Shown piece after piece: positions 1-7,448 of a DNA stretch of 12,706 nt; position 1 is the first letter of the stretch; each line of letters begins with the position of its first letter. The translations under genes were made by a program, and so were the position numbers. The DNA lies in assembly GCA_044356215.1 (NCBI GenBank), contig JBIKWQ010000085.1, forward strand, positions 1-12,706, in the 5' to 3' direction. Under the pieces are notes generated by a model. It was not told the DNA's origin and made no database searches. It saw only the letters and a program-made list of their open reading frames with translations. Origin of the DNA: Bdellovibrionota bacterium. Lineage in GTDB: Bacteria > Bdellovibrionota_C > UBA2361 > OMII01.

Positions 1-120
1 GGTGGCCATCTCTCAAGGAGACTCGATCCACCTCCCGGTTGCACCGCTTTGTGGCGCGGCTGGCAACGACTAGCCTCTATGACTGAACTCTATGAATCTA
101 TGGTTGGAAAATGTGGGTAA
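1..120 (+). CDS. IS4-family (IS50/Tn5-like) transposase, C-terminal end (partial, starts before window)
   Basis: Frame 1 reads GGHLSRRLDPPPGCTALWRGWQRLASMTELYESMVGKCG*, matching the GG..R..D..PG...LWRG..RL motif of the Tn5-type C-terminal dimerisation region. The TAA stop lies inside the terminal repeat. Not in the ORF track. Confidence 0.88.
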   Translation, partial: GGHLSRRLDPPPGCTALWRGWQRLASMTELYESMVGKCG

Positions 121-127
121 TAGTCAG
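1..127 (+). mobile_element. Right end of an IS50-group insertion sequence; terminal inverted repeat at 109..127
   Basis: Reverse complement of 109..127 is CTGACTATTACCCACATTT, 14/19 identical to the IS50 outside end CTGACTCTTATACACAAGT (recalled), and it directly overlaps the transposase stop. Confidence 0.85.
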
Positions 128-396
128 TCCTTTGGAAGGGCGTGATCATGAGGCGCCCATGGCCCTTCTATTCTTTTTAGGGTGTAGCGTATTAGCTTGG
201 AGAATACAGAGTTGCCGATACTGACTCCTACCTTATTATGGAACTCATGGATGAAATCAGCTAGGTCTCGCTCCCGTTTTAACAACTTGTTAGTGTCAAC
301 TTCTTCGGGCCTTGAAGGTAGAGAGAGGAGCTCTATACAATCGCTTAAGTTAAAAGAGCTGGCAGAAGAGCTGGTCGAGGATGTTAATGCACTCAT
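124..396 (-). pseudogene. Hypothetical gene, N-terminal ~90 aa, probably truncated by the IS insertion
   Basis: ATG at 396 (MSALTSSTSSSASSFNLSDCIELL...) preceded by AAGGA on the minus strand. The frame stays open up to the IS boundary and its TGA (126..124) is supplied by the IS terminal CTGA. No recognisable family. Confidence 0.55.
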
Positions 397-1149
397 GGTG
401 GTGATTATCCTTATATGAGCAGGAAGCAGGATGAAAATGGTGCAAGAGCCCAAGAGACGAGGTTCTTTTGGGCAGGTTGCGTAATTTTCAGACCTGCAAC
501 TGCTCGCCTGAGGAGTATGCCCAACCTGTTATCTAGATTCCAATTAGATCTCTGTTAGACGCGAAGTGAGGTTCAGCCATACTTCTTTCGGGAGTCCTAC
601 TCTCATCCTGCGCGACGGTTCCATACAGAGTTACTGAGCCGTCGGATTTTAGAGGGATTCCAGGGGCTCCACCGCTAATTAGACAGGATGAGCCGCAGAT
701 AGAGCGTTGAGAACCTTATCTTTTGGCTTACGGAATCGGGCACCTCTTCTAACGTAGAGGCCCCACAGTGCGGAGATGTCGCTTATGAGGTGAATGCGTT
801 TAATCCGGTTGATCCAAAGCCTATCGCGCCGATGCGGTGTGAGTAGGGGCCATGGAACAAGTTATTTTATCGCTACAACAGGCGCAGGGCTTTATTTCTT
901 CGTCTCCCTGAACGCCGGCCAGAAAAAGCTAGAAACATTCAGGCTGAGATTAAATAAACGTTTGAAAATTACGATTTCTGCCATATAATCCGGGGAGGTT
1001 AAGAGTTGTGCATAAAACCTAATGAAGTTGTTAACCCTAAAAAGAGCGCGAAGAGAAAATGGAGCCTCCACTTCTATAGAGGGAGGCGCGGCAACGTGCG
1101 ACTTTAAATACAGGCACCAGCCATCAGATCTGGTTTGTGATGGTGTGGC

Positions 1150-2535
1150 ATGAATGACCTGGCGCTTACACCAAACCATCAGCAAGTAACAGCAGCGCTG
1201 TCCCTGCTTGATGATTATACGAGCCTCACTGTAAGAAAGGGTGCTGCTCAATACCTAACCGGCAGTTTATCAAATCAAGACAGTGAGTTGATTGAGCCCG
1301 CGATTCAGAGGATATGGACCTGCGCTTCGCAGGAGAGCAACCCATTGGTGGTGGCTGAATACCTTAAAACTTTGGGAACTCTAAAAGAGAGAGCCGCCAA
1401 TTCTATACCCCTAATAGCGCACTATCTTGGTCACCAGGATGAAGATATAGCTCTAGCGGCCACTAAGGCTCTTTGCGATTTATCAGACACAGTTCCTACG
1501 GCGTGGATCCCCCTTTTGGCTGCATGCCCCGAAAATATTCAAGCAGAGATAATCAGAGATGCAAAATTTTTGGCTCTGAAAGAATCTGATCCCGCAAAAT
1601 ATAATATCTATGAATCTGAGCTATCTTGGATTAAGGGTCGCCCAAAGGCGCAGCAATCGGCTTGGCTTAGTGGCCTAGACACTAAAAAAACTCTCGGTGA
1701 CTTTAGTGAAAGTGAGCGCTGTCGCTTTCTCCTTCTGTACTCAGATCCACGCGGTGAAAATTTATGGGGGTGTATGAAGTTTCTTCATATATCACAGAAA
1801 GGATCTTCAACAAATAAAGTCAGTGACGATATCTGGCGAGCAATATCAGCGTGCGAAGGGTGTTTTCTGCGCGATATCAACTCAATCGACATTCCGGTTA
1901 AAGCGAGATATATCGCCAGGGTTTTATCGCAGGCTACGCCTTTTACTGCCTCATTGGCGGTCCCATTATCGCGACTAAGCTTGGATATCTCACTGAGTCC
2001 AGTAGCAGATATGGAGGTGCAAGAGGCTGCGGCCCGCTTGGCGCCTTCAGCACCACCACCGGAAGCGCTCAGGCGCATTACCCACCAATTGCTCTGCCAA
2101 GATGATTCAGCCGTGCGAAACTTCGCGATCGATTGCTTGGTGGGTCTAATGCCACTTCTACAGGGGGATGACGCGCGGCTCGTTATCGACGATGTTTTTG
2201 ATTTTTTGACAGATCCAGTTGTTCGGAAAAAATCCGTGATTACCAATGTGGCCAATATCATAACTGAGGTACGGCCGGAAGAAATACCGACGATATTTCG
2301 GCAGTTGGGACTCCTTTTAAAATCCGAAGCGCCATTAATATCTAAGGTCGCCGCGATCGCAACACTAGGAGGTCTCCGGTACGAGAAAGATCCTCTTGAA
2401 TCGCTTTCGCCACAGGCGAAGGATTATCTCTCAGCGCTCTCGAACAGTCCGAACCCAAGAATAGCGGGAGCGGCGCGAGCCGCCAGCAAGAAACTAGAGG
2501 TTAGAGAGAGGGTATCACCAGAGCGACAGCCGTAG
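1150..2535 (+). CDS. Hypothetical alpha-helical protein with HEAT/ARM-like repeats
   Basis: 461-aa ORF rich in Leu/Ala, with HEAT-like segments LGHQDEDIALAATKALCDL, LLCQDDSAVRNFAIDCLVGL, SEAPLISKVAAIATLGGL and SNSPNPRIAGAARAA. No signal peptide evident. Confidence 0.7.
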   Translation: MNDLALTPNHQQVTAALSLLDDYTSLTVRKGAAQYLTGSLSNQDSELIEPAIQRIWTCASQESNPLVVAEYLKTLGTLKERAANSIPLIAHYLGHQDEDIALAATKALCDLSDTVPTAWIPLLAACPENIQAEIIRDAKFLALKESDPAKYNIYESELSWIKGRPKAQQSAWLSGLDTKKTLGDFSESERCRFLLLYSDPRGENLWGCMKFLHISQKGSSTNKVSDDIWRAISACEGCFLRDINSIDIPVKARYIARVLSQATPFTASLAVPLSRLSLDISLSPVADMEVQEAAARLAPSAPPPEALRRITHQLLCQDDSAVRNFAIDCLVGLMPLLQGDDARLVIDDVFDFLTDPVVRKKSVITNVANIITEVRPEEIPTIFRQLGLLLKSEAPLISKVAAIATLGGLRYEKDPLESLSPQAKDYLSALSNSPNPRIAGAARAASKKLEVRERVSPERQP

Positions 2536-2552
2536 CATGGGAGTATTCCTAG

Positions 2553-2634
2553 GGAAGGCCGGAAAAACCTACCCGTAGCGAGAAAGTGGAGGTTGAGTTG
2601 ATATTCGATTTTCGAGATGGGAAAAAACATTGAG
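2553..2634. repeat. Truncated (left-arm only) copy of the palindromic MITE-like element at 6391..6642
   Basis: 2553..2628 matches 6391..6466 at 69/76 positions without gaps. It is preceded by CTAG (2549..2552) and followed by ATTGAG, as in the element centre (CATTGAGG). No right arm is found downstream. Confidence 0.85.
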
Positions 2635-2876
2635 CCTCTTGTGAAGCTAGTAGTTGTTGCGGATTGACTCGTTCGCGCGGAGATCCATAACAGGGTGTCG
2701 CAGTGTTTTTGGTAAGCTGCTGGGATAATTTGTAGAGTATTTTTACCACAGAGCCCTGCCCTAACGCAGCTAAAATGGTACGGCCTCTGATTTCGCTAAG
2801 CAAGTGAGGAGCCCGGGATCTTAAATACTGATTAACCCTATAAAGATCCAAAACCACACGATGAAAACTCATCGTT

Positions 2877-4268
2877 TTATCCCTTCGCACACTCCCTAAA
2901 CATCTCCTCAGCGATAATCTTCTGTGTCGAGTGCTCTACGATCGGGGCTGGATAATCTATGTTTTTAAGTAGCTCTGGCTCATCAAAGAGATTGTGCAGA
3001 AGTGATGACTTGATCGACTTTAATTCAGGGCACCACTTCTTCACATAGATACACTCTGGATCGAATCTCTTCTGCTGTAGCCACGGATTAAAGATCCGGA
3101 AATACGGCTGGGCGTCACATCCTGTCGAGGCGGCCCACTGCCAACTACCGTTGTTAACAGAAGGGTCGTAATCGGTTAGGTATTTAGCGAAGAACTGCTC
3201 ACCTTTCTGCCACGAGATGTGTAGATCTTTAACTAGGAACGAGGCGACGATCATGCGCACGCGGTTGTGCATAAATCCGGTTGTCACCAATTCACGCATT
3301 CCGGCGTCAACTATAGGAAACCCTGTGCGCCCCTCGCACCACGCTTTAAATAGCCTGTCGTCGTTGTTCCATTTAACTCTGTCGTACTGCGGGTGAAACG
3401 CGTGCCCAAAAACCCGCGGAAAGTGCCACGCTATGTGCGTAAAAAAATCGCGCCAGTAAAGCTCTCTGATTAAAGTGTGAGAGGCGCCGTGCGCTTCAGC
3501 GATCGCCCAATACACCTCGCGAACTGATAGGGTGCCAAACTTGTTGTGCGAAGCTAGGAGAGTTGTGCCGCGCAGAGCTGGCAGATTTCGCTCCTCTTCG
3601 TATTTAGAGAAATCCTTAATTCCTTTAAGGATCGCGAGTGCCGTGGCTCTGCCACCTTTACTTATTCTTTGTGGACTTGATTCATTTGGCCAGAAGTCGC
3701 GCGTATTAACAGTTGTGCCCTTATATTTAGGATCTATTAATCTCCCTTTGTTTATCAGTGAAACCGGTTTAGCGACTTCAAGCTTCGCCGCTTTCTTGAA
3801 GAACGGGGTATACACAGTGTAGGGCTTTCCGTCATCTTTGCCGAAAACAGACGGTTCAACCAGTAAAGCATCTGAGTAGTGAGCACAGTGAACGTTTAGC
3901 TCGGAGCATGTTTTAAATATGGCCGCGTCCCTCTTTCGACTAAAAGGGGTGTAGTCCATATTAAAAAACACGGAGTCTATTGAGAGGTCCTTAATAAGGC
4001 GTGATACAACTTCGTGGTGTTGCCCGTGAAGTAACAATAGCTTGCCGCCAGCTTTGGAGATCTCTGTCTCTAGCTCCTCCAGGCTCTCGATCATAAAAGC
4101 CAGACCGTTTGCTGACCGGTAAGGATTCTCGCCGCACTGAAGCTCGTTAAAGATAAAGCAGGTGACAACTTCATCCGCTTCTGAAAGCGCGGCGTTAAGG
4201 GCTGAGTTGTCATTTAGTCGCAAATCACGCCGAAAGATATGGAGTGCTCGTTTATAGGATTTTGTCAT
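2877..4268 (-). CDS. phrB: Deoxyribodipyrimidine (CPD) photolyase, photolyase/cryptochrome family
   Basis: N-terminal FRRDLRLNDN; ELYWRDFF; FAD-binding region WCEGRTGFPIVDAGMREL..TGFMHNRVRMIVASFL.KDL; DYDPSVNNGSWQW; YFRIFNP. Trp residues at the expected electron-transfer triad positions. Confidence 0.95.
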   Translation of the reverse strand: MTKSYKRALHIFRRDLRLNDNSALNAALSEADEVVTCFIFNELQCGENPYRSANGLAFMIESLEELETEISKAGGKLLLLHGQHHEVVSRLIKDLSIDSVFFNMDYTPFSRKRDAAIFKTCSELNVHCAHYSDALLVEPSVFGKDDGKPYTVYTPFFKKAAKLEVAKPVSLINKGRLIDPKYKGTTVNTRDFWPNESSPQRISKGGRATALAILKGIKDFSKYEEERNLPALRGTTLLASHNKFGTLSVREVYWAIAEAHGASHTLIRELYWRDFFTHIAWHFPRVFGHAFHPQYDRVKWNNDDRLFKAWCEGRTGFPIVDAGMRELVTTGFMHNRVRMIVASFLVKDLHISWQKGEQFFAKYLTDYDPSVNNGSWQWAASTGCDAQPYFRIFNPWLQQKRFDPECIYVKKWCPELKSIKSSLLHNLFDEPELLKNIDYPAPIVEHSTQKIIAEEMFRECAKG

Positions 4269-4338
4269 AGTATTATTAAGGATGCGCTATTTGCTAATCT
4301 TGCAGGTAAGGCAGTAGAGAGTCGCAGTTCTTTATCAC

Positions 4339-4420
4339 CACAGAGGACGCAGAGGACACAGAGAACGGCCATTTTATGGGCAACTAAGGGGTTTTCTCTG
4401 TGTCCTCTGCGTTCTCTGTG
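4339..4420. repeat. Palindromic element with 9-bp periodic arms (CRCAGAGRA x3)
   Basis: 4339..4365 CACAGAGGACGCAGAGGACACAGAGAA pairs with 4394..4420 TTCTCTGTGTCCTCTGCGTTCTCTGTG (26/27 plus one G-T), with a 28-nt spacer. Confidence 0.9.
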
Positions 4421-4507
4421 TTAAAAAATAATCTACTAATTATCCTAGCAGCTTACCAAAAACACTGCGACGCCCTGAGTAAGGTCGTCACCAACAAGTT
4501 ACTCTAT

Positions 4508-5299
4508 ATGAATATTATAACACCAGAACAACAAGAGATTTTAATCGCTGCGGCGCGTGAAGCAGGTCAGGAGCTTTTAAAGCTCTGGCCTGGCAATAAA
4601 GCAGCGCAAGAGCGCGCTTTAGAGATGCGGAGTAAACACGACGGATCTCCTGTTACTGAGGCTGATCTTAGATCAAATAAGATCATCATAGAGTGCATAA
4701 CGAAGCTCTTTCCGCGAGACGTGATTCTTTCAGAGGAGTCGCCGTTCTCTGTTGAGCAGCTAGCTAAATCAGAGAGAACCTGGGTTGTAGATCCGTTAGA
4801 TGGAACTAAGTCGTTTGTTAAAGGAGATGATGATTTCTCGGTGCTTATAGCGCTGTGTGTGAAATTTAAGCCGGTTTTCTCTATTATGAATTTCCCGGCG
4901 CGCGGACGCTTTGTCATGAGCTCACTCAGTGATGGCAGAGCTGGATGTAACGGTGCCCCGATTCACGTATCAGATACCAAAGAGTTAAAGCCGGGACGGA
5001 TCTATATCAGAAATTTTGAGTGCCAGCGCCCAGAGTTGGCCTCTCCAATGATGGATTCAGGGGAGGCCCTTTTTAGGGTCGCCAGTGGAGAGCTCGATGG
5101 AGCTGTCATCCGGATGACCACCCATCAGGAATGGGACCTAGCGGCACCGGCAGCGATTATAGAGGCGGCAGATGGAGTTTTAACCTCGGAAACGGGGTCC
5201 CAGATTAAGTTAGGTAGGGGATTAATAGATTTCCAGTACGTAATTGCCTCAAATGGAAATATTCATAAGCAGTTACAGGAACTTATAGGCCTTAAATGA
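4508..5299 (+). CDS. Inositol monophosphatase family protein, CysQ-like 3'(2'),5'-bisphosphate nucleotidase
   Basis: Motifs KHDGSPVTEAD, ILSEES, WVVDPLDGTKSF and QEWDLAA. Start moved to ATG 4508 because the track's GTG at 4400 lies inside the palindromic repeat. Substrate (PAP vs inositol or histidinol phosphate) not certain. Confidence 0.88.
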   Translation: MNIITPEQQEILIAAAREAGQELLKLWPGNKAAQERALEMRSKHDGSPVTEADLRSNKIIIECITKLFPRDVILSEESPFSVEQLAKSERTWVVDPLDGTKSFVKGDDDFSVLIALCVKFKPVFSIMNFPARGRFVMSSLSDGRAGCNGAPIHVSDTKELKPGRIYIRNFECQRPELASPMMDSGEALFRVASGELDGAVIRMTTHQEWDLAAPAAIIEAADGVLTSETGSQIKLGRGLIDFQYVIASNGNIHKQLQELIGLK

Positions 5300-5429
5300 G
5301 GCTCTCTTTTTAGCCAATCGGCGACCGATCGTTATACAATCTTATTTTTTGCTTATGTAAATCCTAATCCATGACGACCTAAACACTTGAGTAGAGGCTG
5401 TACCTAAAATAACGCTCAAGGTAACCCAG

Positions 5430-6374
5430 ATGGGAATAACTTATTCAGCAGAACAGAAGCGGCTCATCGCGGCGGCGCGAGGGGGCGACCTGGTTCAACT
5501 TCAGGAGCTAATCGATTCCGGTTTTGATGTCGATTGCGAGCTCAAGTACGGCGCTTCAGCGCTTCTTTTGGCAGCCGGCCGCGGCGAAGTAGAGGTTGTG
5601 CGCATGCTTGTAAAAGCAGGTGCTAAGGTCAATCGTCGTAACAAGTTTGGAGATACACCATTACTAGAGGCAGTCCAGAGGGGCTTCCCCGAGGTCGTTA
5701 AAATACTGGTTGAGTCGGGGGCTGAGATAAACATTCCACACGGAAACGGAAATACAGCTATCTTCGCTGCCACAGTGCGCCGTGACCGCAGGATGGTAAA
5801 ATTACTCCTAGAGCTAGGTGCTGACCCTGACTTACAGAACTTTGAGGGGTGGAGCGCTAAAAAATGGGCTGAGGCAGAAACAGATGCAACCATTCAGGCG
5901 GTCTTCGGCATCAAAAAGGTGGACAGTGAATCTGTGAGTATAAAAATGCAAAGTGAAGTAACAAATAATAATAACAATATAGAGCAGCCGGCTAAGCCGC
6001 TGCAAAGTAGCGCATTTGAGGGCGCCTTTTGGACAGTTTTCATGCGTGCGGCTTCGACAGGTGATACTAACACCGTGCGCCAGCTCGCGATGGATGGAGT
6101 CGAGGTCAATGGACAGAGTCCAAATGGAACTACTGCTCTTATGGCTGCGGTGAAGAATGGACACGCGGAGACTGCGTTTGAGCTAATCGAGCTTGGAGCC
6201 GATCTATCGTTGACGGATGCAGATGGAATCTCCGCGATCGACTGGGCCAAAAAGAAGGGCCAAGTGATGATCGTTGAGGGTTTTGAAAAGTTAGCGGAGA
6301 CGACAGCGCGGCCTCATAACGACACGCCGCGAGATAAGACGGAACAGAGCGGAGCTTTCCAAAAATCTGTCTGA
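5430..6374 (+). CDS. Ankyrin repeat protein (two repeat blocks joined by a polar Asn-rich linker)
   Basis: Repeats such as GASALLLAAGRGEVEVVRMLVKAGAKVN, GDTPLLEAVQRGFPEVVKILVESGAEIN, GNTAIFAA..., GTTALMAAVKNGHAETAFELIELGADL. About 4-5 repeats, then 2-3 repeats. No signal peptide. Confidence 0.93.
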   Translation: MGITYSAEQKRLIAAARGGDLVQLQELIDSGFDVDCELKYGASALLLAAGRGEVEVVRMLVKAGAKVNRRNKFGDTPLLEAVQRGFPEVVKILVESGAEINIPHGNGNTAIFAATVRRDRRMVKLLLELGADPDLQNFEGWSAKKWAEAETDATIQAVFGIKKVDSESVSIKMQSEVTNNNNNIEQPAKPLQSSAFEGAFWTVFMRAASTGDTNTVRQLAMDGVEVNGQSPNGTTALMAAVKNGHAETAFELIELGADLSLTDADGISAIDWAKKKGQVMIVEGFEKLAETTARPHNDTPRDKTEQSGAFQKSV

Positions 6375-6390
6375 GTGCTTTAGTAGTTAG

Positions 6391-6642
6391 GGAAGCGAGG
6401 CAAAACCTACCCGTAGCGAGAAAGTGGAGATTGAGTTGATATTCGATTTTCGTGATGAGAAAAAACCGCACCAGACTACGCCAAGGCTACGTCTGGTCCG
6501 ACAAAAGCCTCGCCGGCCGTAGCTTTAGCGAAGGTCGGAGATGTATCCTCTGAGATACATTGAGGATTTTTTCTCGTCACGAAAACTCGAAGAGCAGCTC
6601 AAGATCCGCTTTCGCAGCAGGGAGGGGTTTTGCCTCGCTTCC
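6391..6642. mobile_element. 252-bp non-coding palindromic MITE-like element with TTAG target duplication
   Basis: Perfect 17-bp TIR GGAAGCGAGGCAAAACC (6391..6407) / GGTTTTGCCTCGCTTCC (6626..6642); TTAG direct repeats at 6387..6390 and 6643..6646; imperfect arm pairing over ~80 bp; central hairpin ATGTATC-N6-GATACAT (6541..6560); second partial copy at 2553. Confidence 0.88.
6471..6538. repeat. Inverted doublet of 26-nt GTAG-containing REP-like hairpins nested in the MITE
   Basis: Unit 1 CCAGAC-TACGCCAAGGCTAC-GTCTGG (6471..6496); unit 2 reverse complement CCGACC-TTCGCTAAAGCTAC-GGCCGG (6513..6538); 16-nt spacer. The segment has no partner in the MITE right arm. Confidence 0.75.
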
Positions 6643-6678
6643 TTAGGTAATCTTTACTAATAGCGCTAAGGAAGTCAG

Positions 6679-7347
6679 ATGAAATTTCTCTATTCGATCT
6701 TTGATTTTATCGTTCATATCGATAAGCACTTAACCCAGCTAGCTAGCGACTACGGATCATGGGCTTACGGAATACTTTTTTTAATAGTGTTCTGTGAGAC
6801 CGGTTTGGTAGTGACTCCATTTTTACCCGGAGACTCGCTTCTCTTCGCCGCTGGTGCACTTGCTAGCCAGGGAGCATTTAATGTTCATCTACTAGCGTTG
6901 CTGTTGCTTGTCGCCGCGATAGTTGGTGACGCTGTTAATTACTCAATCGGTCGTCGGATGGGACCAGCGGTATTTGAGCGCACTAACTCGAAAGTTTTTA
7001 AGCCAGAGTACCTAAAACGTACACAACGGTACTTTGAGAAGTATGGAGCAAAGACGATCGTATTAGCGCGCTTTGTTCCGATCGTTCGTACCTTCGCGCC
7101 GTTTTTAGCGGGAGTCGGCACCATGTCGTATTCTAAGTTCGCCTTCTACAACGTAAGTGGCGCCATCGCCTGGGTTGGATTTTTCACCTACGGTGGCTAT
7201 TTATTTGGCGGCACAGAGACGGTACAAAAAAACTTTAAGCTTGTGATCCTAGCAATAATAGTTATCTCTATACTCCCCGGGGTGTTTGAGATAATCCGCG
7301 CTAGACGTGAGGCGCGCGCGGAGTCAGCTTCTGTTCAGAACGGATAG
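6679..7347 (+). CDS. dedA: DedA family membrane protein
   Basis: [76 protein letters not shown]-like AAGGAAG at 6668..6674. Confidence 0.96.
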   Translation: MKFLYSIFDFIVHIDKHLTQLASDYGSWAYGILFLIVFCETGLVVTPFLPGDSLLFAAGALASQGAFNVHLLALLLLVAAIVGDAVNYSIGRRMGPAVFERTNSKVFKPEYLKRTQRYFEKYGAKTIVLARFVPIVRTFAPFLAGVGTMSYSKFAFYNVSGAIAWVGFFTYGGYLFGGTETVQKNFKLVILAIIVISILPGVFEIIRARREARAESASVQNG

Positions 7348-7448
7348 AGCGCGAGAAGACTCCGCGAGCGAACCGCGTAGAAGTAGATCGCAGGATCTAT
7401 TGAGTTGGGTTGCCGGGTAGTGTCTAAGGCTATTAATTATCTCATGTT

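Noticed and set aside
454..1149. Short ORFs (794..988, 892..1251), stop-interrupted minus-strand frames and small alternative hairpins near 447..530
   Set aside because: No recognisable protein motif or riboswitch consensus; may be decayed coding DNA, but I cannot support that.
2424..2630. Similar short ORFs 2424..2630 and 6139..6471 sharing KIEYQLNLHFLATGRF
   Set aside because: The shared peptide is just translation of the repeated element arm, and both ORFs run antisense into real genes.
2858..2876. Hairpin ACGATGA-AAAC-TCATCGT just after the phrB stop as a terminator
   Set aside because: Weak 7-bp stem with no immediate U-tract on the phrB strand.
4239..4507. ORF 4239..4424 (QRTQRTQRT) and the N-terminal extension of the IMPase from 4400
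   Set aside because: Both derive from reading through the 9-bp periodic palindrome; ATG 4508 gives a normal family length.
7382..7401. Dyad TAGATC-GCAG-GATCTA between dedA and the subtilase
   Set aside because: Short, no U-tract, single occurrence; function cannot be supported.
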